Source of the DNA: Pseudomonas aeruginosa PAO1 | GTDB lineage: Bacteria > Pseudomonadota > Gammaproteobacteria > Pseudomonadales > Pseudomonadaceae | Reading direction: 5' to 3' (one strand) | DNA length: 64,000 bases | Assembly (NCBI RefSeq): GCF_000006765.1 | Contig: NC_002516.2 | In this document: positions 46,688-56,614 of the stretch, in pieces | Position numbering within the stretch: position 1 is the stretch's first letter | How the letters are laid out: the number at the start of each line of letters is the position of its first letter | The notes under the pieces: generated by a model | What the model saw: the letters and a program-made list of their open reading frames with translations, nothing else | What the model was told of the DNA's origin: nothing | Databases searched by the model: none | Translations under genes and position numbers: made by a program

Positions 46688-48043
46688 ATGTCTTTCGATT
46701 TCGATCTGTTCGTCATCGGCGCCGGCTCAGGGGGCGTACGCGCCGCCCGCTTCGCCGCCGGCTTCGGTGCCCGTGTCGCGGTGGCGGAGAGTCGCTACCT
46801 GGGTGGCACCTGCGTCAACGTCGGCTGCGTGCCGAAGAAGCTGCTGGTCTATGGCGCGCATTTCAGCGAGGACTTCGAGCAGGCCCGGGCCTATGGCTGG
46901 AGCGCCGGCGAGGCGCAGTTCGACTGGGCGACCCTGATCGGCAACAAGAACCGCGAGATCCAGCGGCTCAACGGGATCTACCGCAACCTGCTGGTGAACA
47001 GCGGGGTGACCTTGCTCGAAGGTCACGCCCGTCTGCTCGATGCGCACAGCGTCGAGGTGGACGGCCAGCGCTTCAGCGCCAAGCACATTCTCGTCGCCAC
47101 CGGTGGCTGGCCGCAGGTGCCGGACATTCCCGGCAAGGAACACGCGATCACCTCCAACGAAGCGTTCTTCCTCGAGCGCCTGCCGCGCCGCGTGCTGGTG
47201 GTCGGCGGCGGCTACATCGCCGTCGAATTCGCCTCGATCTTCAACGGGCTCGGCGCCGAGACCACCTTGCTCTACCGTCGCGACCTGTTCCTGCGCGGCT
47301 TCGACCGCAGCGTCCGCGAGCATCTGCGCGACGAATTGGGCAAGAAGGGCCTGGACCTGCAGTTCAACAGCGACATTGCCCGTATCGACAAACAGGCCGA
47401 TGGTAGCCTCGCCGCGACCCTCAAGGACGGCCGGGTGCTGGAGGCGGACTGCGTGTTCTACGCCACCGGGCGGCGGCCGATGCTGGACGACCTGGGCCTG
47501 GAAAACACAGCTGTGAAGCTGACCGACAAGGGCTTCATCGCGGTCGACGAGCACTACCAGACCAGCGAACCGTCGATACTCGCCCTCGGTGACGTGATCG
47601 GTCGCGTCCAGTTGACCCCCGTGGCGCTGGCCGAGGGTATGGCGGTGGCACGGCGATTGTTCAAGCCGGAGGAGTATCGCCCGGTGGACTACAAGTTGAT
47701 TCCCACCGCGGTGTTCAGCCTGCCCAACATCGGCACCGTCGGCCTGACCGAGGAGGAGGCGCTGAGCGCCGGGCACAAGGTGAAGATCTTCGAGAGCCGC
47801 TTCCGGCCGATGAAGCTGACCCTTACCGACGACCAGGAAAAGACCCTGATGAAGCTGGTCGTGGATGCCCACGACGACAGGGTGCTGGGTTGCCACATGG
47901 TCGGCGCCGAGGCCGGCGAGATCCTCCAGGGTATTGCGGTGGCGATGAAGGCCGGGGCGACCAAGCAGGCGTTCGACGAGACCATCGGCATCCACCCGAC
48001 CGCGGCGGAAGAGTTCGTCACCCTGCGCACGCCGACGCGCTGA
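46688..48043 (+). CDS. gor: Glutathione reductase
   Basis: [36 protein letters not shown]. Confidence 0.96.
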
Positions 48044-48056
48044 GCCGCGTCTGAAC

Positions 48057-48092
48057 GAAGAAGCCGGCCCCTGGGCCGGCTTCTTTCATTTT
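48057..48092. terminator. Probable bidirectional terminator between convergent gor and the symporter gene
   Basis: AGAAGCCGGCCC-CT-GGGCCGGCTTCT-TTCATTTT. Confidence 0.8.
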
Positions 48093-48097
48093 CGCGC

Positions 48098-49099
48098 TCA
48101 GCGCGAGGGGGCCTCGGCCAGCGCCGCCGCTGCGTCGTCGCGGCGCCTGGCGTAGCGTTGCGCGAGCACCGCGCAGACCATCAGCTGGATCTGGTGGAAC
48201 AGCATCAGAGGCAACACCATCGGCCCCACCGCACTGGTGGCGAACAGCACCTTGGCCATGGGCACGCCGGTGGCCAGGCTCTTCTTCGAACCGCAGAAGA
48301 CGATGGTGATCTCGTCTTCCTTGCTGAAGCCCAGGCGTCGCGCCAGCACCGTGGTCAGCACCAGGGCCAGGGCGAGGATCACGCAGCAGGCGACGGTCAG
48401 GCCGAGCAGCGCCAGCCAGGGTACTTCGTGCCACAGGCCCTGGATCACCGCGGCGCTGAAGGCGGTGTAGACCACCAGCAGGATCGAGCCCTGGTCGACA
48501 TAGCGCAGCACCGGCTTGTTGCGCTCCACCCAGGCGCCGATCCAGCGCCGCAGGACCTGGCCAGCGATGAAGGGTACCAGCAGTTGCAGGGTGATCTTGC
48601 CGATGGCGTCCAGCGCGTTGCCGGTCTCGCCTTCGGCGCCGAGCAGCAGCTTGACCAGCAGCGGGGTAAGGAATACGCCGAGCAGGCTCGACACGGAAGC
48701 GCTGCATACCGCTGCCGGCACGTTGCCGCGCGCCAGCGAGGTGAAGGCGATGGAGGATTGCACCGTGGCCGGCAGGGCGCAGAGGAACAGGATGCCGAGG
48801 TACAGCTCCGGGGTGACCATCGGCGACAGTGCCGGTTTCAGCGCCAGGCCGAGCAGCGGGAACATCACGAAAGTGCAGGCGAACACCAGCAGGTGCAGGC
48901 GCCAGTGGGTCATGCCGGCGATGATCGCCTGGCGCGACAGCTTGGCGCCGTGGAGGAAGAACAGCAGGCCGATGCCGATGTTGGTCACCCATTCGAAGAC
49001 CACGGCGGTCTGGCCGCTGCAGGGCAGGAAAGTGGCGAGAAGGACGGTGGCGATCAGCGCCAGGGTGAAGTTATCCGGAAGGAAACGCGGTCGGGACAT
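48098..49099 (-). CDS. Bile acid:sodium symporter-family (YfeH-like) transporter, 333 aa
   Basis: LFFLHGAKLS, LPATVQSSIAFTSLARGN, FCGSKKSLATGVP. Confidence 0.85.
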   Translation of the reverse strand: MSRPRFLPDNFTLALIATVLLATFLPCSGQTAVVFEWVTNIGIGLLFFLHGAKLSRQAIIAGMTHWRLHLLVFACTFVMFPLLGLALKPALSPMVTPELYLGILFLCALPATVQSSIAFTSLARGNVPAAVCSASVSSLLGVFLTPLLVKLLLGAEGETGNALDAIGKITLQLLVPFIAGQVLRRWIGAWVERNKPVLRYVDQGSILLVVYTAFSAAVIQGLWHEVPWLALLGLTVACCVILALALVLTTVLARRLGFSKEDEITIVFCGSKKSLATGVPMAKVLFATSAVGPMVLPLMLFHQIQLMVCAVLAQRYARRRDDAAAALAEAPSR

Positions 49100-49252
49100 G
49101 GGCACGCTCTGCAGGATCGGGGGAACACATGGCAGTCTTCTGGCTGCCTGGCGAACCTGCACTGTAGCCATGGGCTGGGCGACCGGCTAACGCCAGAAGG
49201 CCAGCCGATGACGCCGAATGGACAGGGCGGCCGCCGCGCCGCCCCGAGGGGC

Positions 49253-49645
49253 TCAGACGACGCTGGCCAGCAGCGGCTCGCTGACGCTGGGACGGACCTT
49301 GCCGGCATGGGGAGAGAACTCCAGGCGGACGGCGAGCACGGTGACCAGCGAGCGCAGCTTCTCCGCGATCACGCTGGCGCGGTGCTGGCTGAGGCCGGGG
49401 AAGGTCAGCAGCAGGCGGATCTTGTGGTCCTCGCGGTCGGCGCGAACCCGCTCCGGGGTGAAGGATTGCACGGCGAACAGGTTGAGCACCCGGCACAGCA
49501 GGTCCGGATCGGCCATGCCCTCGATATGGAAGATCGACAGGGTCTCGGTATCTGCGCAGGAGGTTTCCCAGACGTTCGGGCGGATCACCTGGCGTTCTTC
49601 GCCGTCAGGGTGTTTGGCCAGGAAAAGGGGGGCGAGGGTTGACAT
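49253..49645 (-). CDS. Hypothetical protein with an ACT-like (IlvM-type) core, 130 aa
   Basis: GGAG SD; IEGMADPDLLCRVLNLFAVQSFTP...VIAEKLRSLVTVLAVRL; fold call is by eye. Confidence 0.6.
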   Translation of the reverse strand: MSTLAPLFLAKHPDGEERQVIRPNVWETSCADTETLSIFHIEGMADPDLLCRVLNLFAVQSFTPERVRADREDHKIRLLLTFPGLSQHRASVIAEKLRSLVTVLAVRLEFSPHAGKVRPSVSEPLLASVV

Positions 49646-49777
49646 GTGACGCTCCAGGCAGTGTTTCGACGAGAGAAATTCTCCCAGAGGCGTGCCGGAT
49701 TTTTTCTCCTGTTTTTGCGTGATTTTGCGCTATATGTGCATACTTGATTCCTATATTTTTCTTTGTAGGGAATATTT

Positions 49778-50251
49778 ATGTCCATTCCATTGGATATCTA
49801 CGATCAGCGTATTCTTGCGTTGCTGCAGGAGGAATCCTCGCTTTCCACCGCCGAGATCGCCGAGCGCATCGGACTTTCCCAGTCGCCCTGCTGGCGGCGC
49901 ATCCAGCGCCTGAAGGAGGAGGGGGTGATCCGCAAGCAGGTGACCCTGCTCGACCGCAAGAAGATCGGCCTGAATACCCAGGTATTCGCCCAGATCAAGC
50001 TCAACGCCCATGGGCGCAAGAACCTCACCGATTTCGCCGAGGCGATGCACCAGTTTCCCGAGGTGCTGGAGTGCCACGTACTGATGGGCGCGGTGGACTT
50101 CATGCTGCGTATCGTCACCCGCGATATCGAATCCTACGAACGCTTTTTCTTCGAGAAACTGTCGGCGGTGCCGGGCATCCAGGAAGTGAACTCCATCGTC
50201 GCCTTGTCGGAAATCAAATCCACCACTACCTTGCCCCTGCTCGCTCCCTGA
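49778..50251 (+). CDS. Lrp/AsnC-family regulator
   Basis: LDIYDQRILALLQ..IAERIGLSQSPCWRRIQRLKEEGVI, VMGAVDF-type RAM domain (ECHVLMGAVDFML). Confidence 0.92.
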   Translation: MSIPLDIYDQRILALLQEESSLSTAEIAERIGLSQSPCWRRIQRLKEEGVIRKQVTLLDRKKIGLNTQVFAQIKLNAHGRKNLTDFAEAMHQFPEVLECHVLMGAVDFMLRIVTRDIESYERFFFEKLSAVPGIQEVNSIVALSEIKSTTTLPLLAP

Positions 50252-50274
50252 GCCTTCCCGGAGAACGCCTGCCC

Positions 50275-50574
50275 ATGACCATCAGCAAGACCAAGTCCAG
50301 CTTCTACCGCCGCCTCTACGTCGCCTACCTGATCGACAGCGGCACCGCCAGCGTGCCGGAGATCATGGCCGCCACCGGCATGCCCCGGCGTACCGCACAG
50401 GACACCATCGCCGCGCTGGAGGAACTGGACATCGTCTGCGAGTTCGAGCAGCGGGAGGGTGCGCGCAACCACCAGGGCGGCTATGTCATCCGCGACTGGG
50501 GGGCGGTACGGCGGGAGTGGGTGGTCGAGCAGCATCGGCGAATCGCGGCGGCGCTGGAGTATCCGGCGGACTGA
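50275..50574 (+). CDS. Small winged-helix protein (HTH_43-like), 99 aa
   Basis: SFYRRLYVAYLID..SVPEIMAATGMPRRTAQDTI..IRDWG; GGAG SD. Confidence 0.72.
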   Translation: MTISKTKSSFYRRLYVAYLIDSGTASVPEIMAATGMPRRTAQDTIAALEELDIVCEFEQREGARNHQGGYVIRDWGAVRREWVVEQHRRIAAALEYPAD

Positions 50575-50600
50575 GCCACGCGCTGGCGGCCACAGGCATA

Positions 50601-50634
50601 TAAAAGAAGGAGGGGCTCAAACTGCCTCCCCTCC
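50601..50634 (-). terminator. Probable terminator of the DUF1127 operon
   Basis: GGAGGGG/CCCCTCC stem followed on the minus strand by TTCTTTTA. Confidence 0.5.
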
Positions 50635-50648
50635 CGAGCATGCGTTCT

Positions 50649-50906
50649 TCAGATGCCGCGCTGTTCCAGGGTGGCCTGGCGGGCGCGCTGGGCCAGCTCC
50701 TCGGCGGGCTGGACGCTGCTGCCGGCGGTAGGCGGCGGTGCCGGCATATGCGGCTTGAGGTAGGCCGCCAGGCTGACGCCGCAGTAGACCAGCAGGGCCA
50801 TGGCGATCAGCGCCTTGTATGGGTCGATGTCGGATCGGCGCTTGCAGACCATACAGATATGCCCTTCGCTGGCTGGGCGTTCGCCACAGTTGCGACAGCG
50901 GATCAT
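50649..50906 (-). CDS. Small CxxC/CxxC (Zn-ribbon-like) membrane protein, 85 aa
   Basis: MIRCRNC-x11-CMVC, one hydrophobic helix, Pro-rich tail; ATGA overlap with the upstream gene; GGAGG SD. Confidence 0.65.
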   Translation of the reverse strand: MIRCRNCGERPASEGHICMVCKRRSDIDPYKALIAMALLVYCGVSLAAYLKPHMPAPPPTAGSSVQPAEELAQRARQATLEQRGI

Positions 50907-51157
50907 GCCTTCCTCCCGCCGGATTTTCCCGCCTGCCAGAACGCCAGCGAGGCTTCCTCGCGGGCCTGCTCGGCGCTCAGGCCGATATCCTTCAGTTCCG
51001 CCGCTTCCAGGTCCAGCAGCGCGCGCCGGGTCAGCTGGCGTTGCCGGGCCAGGCGATAGCCGCGACGCAGGGCCTGCGCCAGGTTGTCCATCGCGGCGAG
51101 TGGGAAGGGGCCATCGAGGCGTTGGCGGCGCTCGGATTTCGCACTGAGTCGCGTCAT
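50903..51157 (-). CDS. DUF1127 (YjiS-like) small protein, 84 aa
   Basis: RQRQLTRRALLDLEAAELKDIGLS..EA..AFW; GGAG SD. Confidence 0.85.
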   Translation of the reverse strand: MTRLSAKSERRQRLDGPFPLAAMDNLAQALRRGYRLARQRQLTRRALLDLEAAELKDIGLSAEQAREEASLAFWQAGKSGGRKA

Positions 51158-51336
51158 GCTGCGTACTCCATATTGATCGGCTGGACGACGGAGATAGAAT
51201 GGCCATCGCGCGCTGTTCCGTACAGGTCCAGAAAAGGTGGGTTGACTGCATACAGATCAAGCGCTCCCCGGCCTGAATGGTGGATTTCGCCACCATCTGT
51301 ACCGGTCCCGCTTTCGCTCACCCTGGAGTCCCGCTC

Positions 51337-52761
51337 ATGACCCTTTATCTGCAACTCGCCGAGACCCTCGGTTCGCGCATCGAACAGGGCCTCTACCGTC
51401 CGGGCGACCGGCTGCCCTCGGTGCGGGCCATGAGCATCGAGCACGGCGTCAGCCTGAGCACCGTGCAACAGGCATACAGGCTGCTGGAAGATCGCGGGCT
51501 GGCCGAGCCGCGGCCGAAGTCCGGCTATTTCGTCCCGGCCGCGCGACAGATGCCGCCGCTGCCGGCGATCGCCCGCCTGGCCCAGCGGCCGGTGGAAATC
51601 TCGCAATGGGAGCAGGTGCTGGCCCTGGTCAGCACGGTACCGCGGCCGGACGTCGTCCAGCTCGGCCGCGGCATGCCGGACATCTCCAGCCCTTCGCTGA
51701 AACCGCTGACCCGCAGCCTGGCCCGGCTCAACCGCCACGCCGACGCCCGTGCGCTGGCCTACGACGGGATCCACGGCTCGCCGTTGCTGCGCGAGGAAGT
51801 CGCCCGCCTGTTGGTGGACTCCGGCTGTCGGGCCACCGCCAGCGACGTGGTGATCACCACCGGCTGCCACGAGGCCCTGTCGGTGAGCATCCGCGCGGTG
51901 TGCGAACCGGGCGATATCGTCGCGGTGGAGTCGCCGAGCTTCCATGGCGCCATGCAATCGCTGAAAGGCCTCGGCATGAAGGCCCTGGAGATCCCCACCG
52001 ATCCGGTCAACGGCATCAGCCTGGAAGCCCTCGAACTGGCGCTGGAACAGTGGCCGATCAAGGCCATCCAGGTGACCCCGAACTGCAACAACCCGCTCGG
52101 CTACATCATGCCCGAGTCGCGCAAGCGGGCGCTGCTGGCCCTGGCCCAGCGCTACGACGTGGCGATCATCGAGGACGATGTCTATGGCGACCTGGCCTAC
52201 ACCTATCCGCGCCCGCGCACCATCAAGTCGTACGACGACGATGGCCGGGTGCTGCTCTGCGGGTCGTTCTCCAAGGTCCTGGCGCCGGGCCTGCGGATCG
52301 GCTGGATGGTACCCGGGCGCTACGCCGACCGCGTGCTGCACATGAAGTACATCAGTACCGGCGCCAGCGCCCTGCAACCGCAACTGGCGATCGCCGAATT
52401 CATCGGCAACGGCCACTACGAGCCGCACTTGCGGCGCATGCGCGCCCAGTACCAGCGCGGACGCGACCTGATGATCGACTGGGTGGCGCGCTATTTCCCG
52501 GAGGGCACCCGCGCCAGCCGGCCCCAGGGCGGTTTCCTGCTCTGGGTCGAACTGGACGAGGCGTTCGACACCCTGCGCCTGGACAAGGCCTTGCGCAACC
52601 GCGGCGTACAAGTCGCGGTGGGCTGCATCTTTTCCGCTTCCGGCAAGTATCGGAACTGCCTGCGGATGAACTACGCGGCGTTGCCGACCCCGGCCATCGA
52701 GCAGGCGGTCAGGCGAGTAGGGGAGAGCGCTTGCGAGCTGCTGGAGCCTTGCGAGGCCTGA
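51337..52761 (+). CDS. MocR/GabR-type PLP-dependent GntR regulator, 474 aa
   Basis: GDRLPSVR..VSLSTVQQAY, IIEDDVY, GSFSKVLAPGLRIGW. Confidence 0.92.
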   Translation: MTLYLQLAETLGSRIEQGLYRPGDRLPSVRAMSIEHGVSLSTVQQAYRLLEDRGLAEPRPKSGYFVPAARQMPPLPAIARLAQRPVEISQWEQVLALVSTVPRPDVVQLGRGMPDISSPSLKPLTRSLARLNRHADARALAYDGIHGSPLLREEVARLLVDSGCRATASDVVITTGCHEALSVSIRAVCEPGDIVAVESPSFHGAMQSLKGLGMKALEIPTDPVNGISLEALELALEQWPIKAIQVTPNCNNPLGYIMPESRKRALLALAQRYDVAIIEDDVYGDLAYTYPRPRTIKSYDDDGRVLLCGSFSKVLAPGLRIGWMVPGRYADRVLHMKYISTGASALQPQLAIAEFIGNGHYEPHLRRMRAQYQRGRDLMIDWVARYFPEGTRASRPQGGFLLWVELDEAFDTLRLDKALRNRGVQVAVGCIFSASGKYRNCLRMNYAALPTPAIEQAVRRVGESACELLEPCEA

Positions 52762-52803
52762 GCGACAGTCGTGCTTTCGACGCAGTCGACGATTGCGCAA
52801 ATA

Positions 52804-52822
52804 GCAAATGCTAATCATTCGC
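52804..52822 (+). promoter_or_regulatory. Fur box
   Basis: GCAAATGCTAATCATTCGC, 14/19 match to GATAATGATAATCATTATC, upstream of an iron-utilisation gene. Confidence 0.8.
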
Positions 52823-52895
52823 ATTGTTTGCTAGAGTTGCCTGACGCATGCATCCGCCGGCTCCACTGGGCGCCGGTCACCAGGAGACCATCGTC

Positions 52896-53804
52896 ATGTC
52901 GCAACCCGCCTATCGTCTGTTCAATGTCGAACTCAAGCGCCGTGAGCAACTCAGCCCGGCGCTGACCCGCTTCGTCTTCGGCGGTCCGGAGGTCGCCGAG
53001 ATGAAGACCCTTGCCGCCGACCAGCGGATCAAGATCTTCTTCCCCGATGCCAGCGGCCAGCCGCCCAGCCTGCCCGGCGGCAGCGAGTGGTACCAGGCCT
53101 ATCGCAGCGTCGAGCCGGCCCGCCGGCCGCCGATGCGTACCTACACCATCCGTGCGCTGCGCGCCGAGCAGGAAGAGGTCGACGTGGAGTTCGTCCTCCA
53201 CGGCGAGAACGGCCCGGCCTCGGCCTGGGCGACCCACGCGCGGATCGGCGACCGCCTGCAACTGGCCGCGCCCAACCGGCAATACGGCGATGACCCCGGC
53301 GGCTACGAATGGAAACCGCCGGCTGGCGTCCGCCATATCCTGCTGATCGCCGACGAAACCGCCTTGCCCGCGGTGGCGGGAATTCTCGAGGAGCTGGCCG
53401 GCGAAACCGAGCCGCCGGTGGTCGAGGCCTTTCTCGAAGTGCCGGGAGAAGCCGACATCCTCGACCTGCCGGCGATTCCCGCTGCGCGCCTGCACTGGCT
53501 GCCGCGCCACCAGGCCGGTATCCATTCGCGCAACGGCGAGCGGATGATCGAGGCGGCGCGCCAGGCGCGGCTGCCGGAACGCGAGGTGGCGGGTGGTGCG
53601 GCCCAGGAACTGGAGGACATCGATATCGACGAGGAGATCCTCTGGGAACTGGCGAGCCCCGAGAGCGGCAGTTTCTACGCCTGGGTCGCCGGCGAGTCGG
53701 CGGCGGTGATGGCGATCCGGCGCTACCTGGTGCAGGAGCGCGGTATCGACAAGCGTCATCTGACCCTGATGGGCTATTGGCGCCTGGGCAAGGTGTTCGA
53801 CTGA
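52896..53804 (+). CDS. Siderophore-interacting protein (ViuB-like FAD ferric reductase), 302 aa
   Basis: MRTYTIRA, VEFVLHGENGPASAW, LIADETALPA, FYAWVAGES, MGYWR. Confidence 0.88.
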   Translation: MSQPAYRLFNVELKRREQLSPALTRFVFGGPEVAEMKTLAADQRIKIFFPDASGQPPSLPGGSEWYQAYRSVEPARRPPMRTYTIRALRAEQEEVDVEFVLHGENGPASAWATHARIGDRLQLAAPNRQYGDDPGGYEWKPPAGVRHILLIADETALPAVAGILEELAGETEPPVVEAFLEVPGEADILDLPAIPAARLHWLPRHQAGIHSRNGERMIEAARQARLPEREVAGGAAQELEDIDIDEEILWELASPESGSFYAWVAGESAAVMAIRRYLVQERGIDKRHLTLMGYWRLGKVFD

Positions 53805-54478
53805 TGGGCCGCTTCGTCGGGAAACAGGCGGACGGCTACGAGACGCGGATCGGCCGCCTGTTGCCGGGCTACGAGTTGCTGCACCTGCTCAGTCGCGCGC
53901 AGTTGCTGGCCCGTCTGCCGGAACGGGCGCGCCTGCTCAGCGTCGGCTGCGGCGCCGGCGGCGAACTGGCGGAGCTGGCCGGGTTGCGTCCAGGCTGGCG
54001 TTTCGTCGCGGCGGACCTGTCGGCCGACATGCTCGCCCTGGCCCGCCAGCGCTGCGCCAGGCTCGGCCTGCTGGAGCGGATCGAGCTGCACTGCGGCGAC
54101 GTCGCCGGGCTACCGCCTGCGCCGCCTTGCGATGCGGCGCTGGTTCTGCTGGTGCTGCATTTCCTGCGCGGCGACCAGGCCAAGCGGCGCTTTCTCGAGG
54201 CGGTCGCCGAGCGTCTGGCGCCAGCGGCGCCGTTGCTGCTGGCCAACCTGATGGAAGCCCGGGACGCCTTCGAACGTCCGGTGCAGGCCGAGGCCTGCCG
54301 CTTGGCCGGGCTTTCCCCGGAGGACAGCGACGGCATGCTGCAACGCTTGCGCGAGGATTTCGATCCGTTGTCCGAGCAGCGCCTCGGCGAACTGCTGGAA
54401 GACACCGGCTTCGTCCTGCCCAGCCGCTATTTCCAGGCCGTGGGCTACCAGGCCTGGATCGCCTTCCGCGCCGGCTGA
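53804..54478 (+). CDS. Class I SAM-dependent methyltransferase, 224 aa
   Basis: LLSVGCGAGGE, DLSADML; TGATG coupling to the upstream gene. Confidence 0.85.
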   Translation: MGRFVGKQADGYETRIGRLLPGYELLHLLSRAQLLARLPERARLLSVGCGAGGELAELAGLRPGWRFVAADLSADMLALARQRCARLGLLERIELHCGDVAGLPPAPPCDAALVLLVLHFLRGDQAKRRFLEAVAERLAPAAPLLLANLMEARDAFERPVQAEACRLAGLSPEDSDGMLQRLREDFDPLSEQRLGELLEDTGFVLPSRYFQAVGYQAWIAFRAG

Positions 54479-54485
54479 GGATGCC

Positions 54486-56144
54486 TCAGGCGAGGCGCGC
54501 CTGCGGCGTGATCTGGCGTGGGTCGGTCAGCAGCTCCAGCAGCGCCGGGCGTCCGCTTTCGCGGGCGCGGCGGAATGCGGCGGGGAAGTCGGCGCTGCAT
54601 TCCACTCGTTCGGCGTGGGCGCCGAAGGCTCGCGCCAGGGCGACGAAGTCGGGGTTGTCCAGGCGGGTGGCGGATACCCGCCCGGGATATTCGCGCTCCT
54701 GATGCATGCGGATGGTGCCGAGCATGCCGTTGTTGACCACGATCACCACCGGCGTCGCGCCGAACTGCGCGGCGGTCGCCAGCTCCTGCGGATACATCAT
54801 GAAACAGCCGTCGCCGGCGAAGCACACCACGCTGCGCTGCGGATCGCGCAGGCTGGCGGCGATCGCGGCGGGCAGGCCGTAGCCCATGGCGCCGTTGGTC
54901 GGCGCCAACTGCGTGCGGGCCTGGCGATAGCGGTAGAAGCGATGCACCCAGACGGCATAGTTGCCGGCACCGTTGGCGATCACCGCGTCGTCCGGCAGGT
55001 TTTCGCTGAGGTACGCGACCACGGACGCCAGGTCGACGCCCTGGACGGCGGGGTCGCTCGCGGCCGGGGTCGAGTAGGCCAGGTAATCGGCATGGGCGGC
55101 TTCGCGCCAGTCCTGCCAGGTGCTCGAGGGCAACGGCGCGAGGTCGGCCAGGGCCTCGGCGAAGGCACACGGGGTGGCCTGGATCGGCAATCGCGCCAGG
55201 TAGACGCGGTTCAGTTCCGCGCTGTCCGGATGCACGTGGATCAGCGTCTGCGCGGGGGCCGGACTACGCACCAGGCTGTAGCCGGCGCTCGGCGTTTCGC
55301 CCAGGCGCGCCCCGACCACCAGCAGCAGGTCGGCCTGGCGCAGCCGCTCCAATAGCGCCGGCGCCGCGCCGAAGCCCAGTTGTCCGGCGTAGTGCGGGTC
55401 ACGGTTGTCGAACAGGTCCTGACGACGGAACGAGGTGGCCACCGGCAGGCCATTGGCCTCGACGAAGGCGCCTAGCCGTTTCCTGGCGGCGCTGTCCCAG
55501 CCGCTGCCGCCAAGTACCAGCAGGGGGCGCCTGGCGTTCGCCAGCAGTTCGCGCAGTTCCGCCATCGCCGTGGCGCCCGGCCGCCCCGGAAGCACCCTTG
55601 GCTCCGGCGCATCGGCGACCTGCGCGGAACCGAAGAGGATTTCCTCGGGCAGGGCGACCACGACCGGGCCCGGTCGGCCCGAGGTGGCGACGCTGAAGGC
55701 GCGGCCGACGATCTCCGGGATGCGTTCGATACGGTCGATTTCCACGGCCCACTTGGCCAGGCCCGAGAACATCTGCACGTAGTCGACTTCCTGGAACGCC
55801 TCGCGGCCCTTGAAGGCGCTTTCCACCTGGCCGACGAACAGGATCATCGGCGTCGAGTCCTGCTGCGCCGTGTGCACGCCATTCGCCGCATGGGTGGCAC
55901 CGGGGCCGCGGGTGACGAAGCAGATGCCTGGTCGGCCGGTCAGCTTGCCGTAGGCATCGGCCATGTTCGAGGCGGCACCCTCGTGGCGGGTGACGACGGT
56001 GCGGATGCCGTCGGTGTCGTACAGCGCGTCGAGCACCGGCAGGTAGCTTTCCCCGGGGATGCAGTAGACGGTATCGACGGCATTGCGCCGCAATGCCTCT
56101 ACCAGGATCTGCCCGCCGTTGCGCTGGGGAAGGGAGTCGGACAT
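54486..56144 (-). CDS. Thiamine-diphosphate enzyme, acetolactate synthase large-subunit-like, 552 aa
   Basis: PGESYL, RHEGAA, TRGPGATH, GDGCFMM...VNNGMLG ThDP motif. Confidence 0.88.
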   Translation of the reverse strand: MSDSLPQRNGGQILVEALRRNAVDTVYCIPGESYLPVLDALYDTDGIRTVVTRHEGAASNMADAYGKLTGRPGICFVTRGPGATHAANGVHTAQQDSTPMILFVGQVESAFKGREAFQEVDYVQMFSGLAKWAVEIDRIERIPEIVGRAFSVATSGRPGPVVVALPEEILFGSAQVADAPEPRVLPGRPGATAMAELRELLANARRPLLVLGGSGWDSAARKRLGAFVEANGLPVATSFRRQDLFDNRDPHYAGQLGFGAAPALLERLRQADLLLVVGARLGETPSAGYSLVRSPAPAQTLIHVHPDSAELNRVYLARLPIQATPCAFAEALADLAPLPSSTWQDWREAAHADYLAYSTPAASDPAVQGVDLASVVAYLSENLPDDAVIANGAGNYAVWVHRFYRYRQARTQLAPTNGAMGYGLPAAIAASLRDPQRSVVCFAGDGCFMMYPQELATAAQFGATPVVIVVNNGMLGTIRMHQEREYPGRVSATRLDNPDFVALARAFGAHAERVECSADFPAAFRRARESGRPALLELLTDPRQITPQARLA

Positions 56145-56614
56145 GAGGGCCTCGCTGCGCACGTTGTGGTTGGCCCGATATTCGGCTCAAAGCGCGCCAG
56201 CGCCAAGCGACCTTTCTTCGCGAGTTCATTCCCGTGGCGCATGAACCCTCGTTCTTCGTTGCGGAGGAGGCCCCTTTCAGTGCTTCATCTGGACGAGAAG
56301 GGGACTGGAGCGTCATCGCAACGGGTCTCCTCTAGGCGGATCGGAGAGCGCGGTTTTCCGCTCGTTTCTCCATCTTCTCCTCAATTATGTCTATGTAACT
56401 ATTTCCTCTAGCAAAAAGGATTGTTCTTACATTATTTATAAATTTTCTTTGTTAGTTTTTCCTCGAGCAGTGCTGTTTGGCGGCTTCCTGAGGGGAAGAT
56501 TTTTGCTGGGGCGCTGAGATAGAGGACGAGTTTTTGTTTGGTCGTCGGTAAGTTTCGGCTTTTTGTCTTTTAGTCCGATGGGCAAGGGTACCAATGAGCA
56601 GGGAGGTTTTTAGG

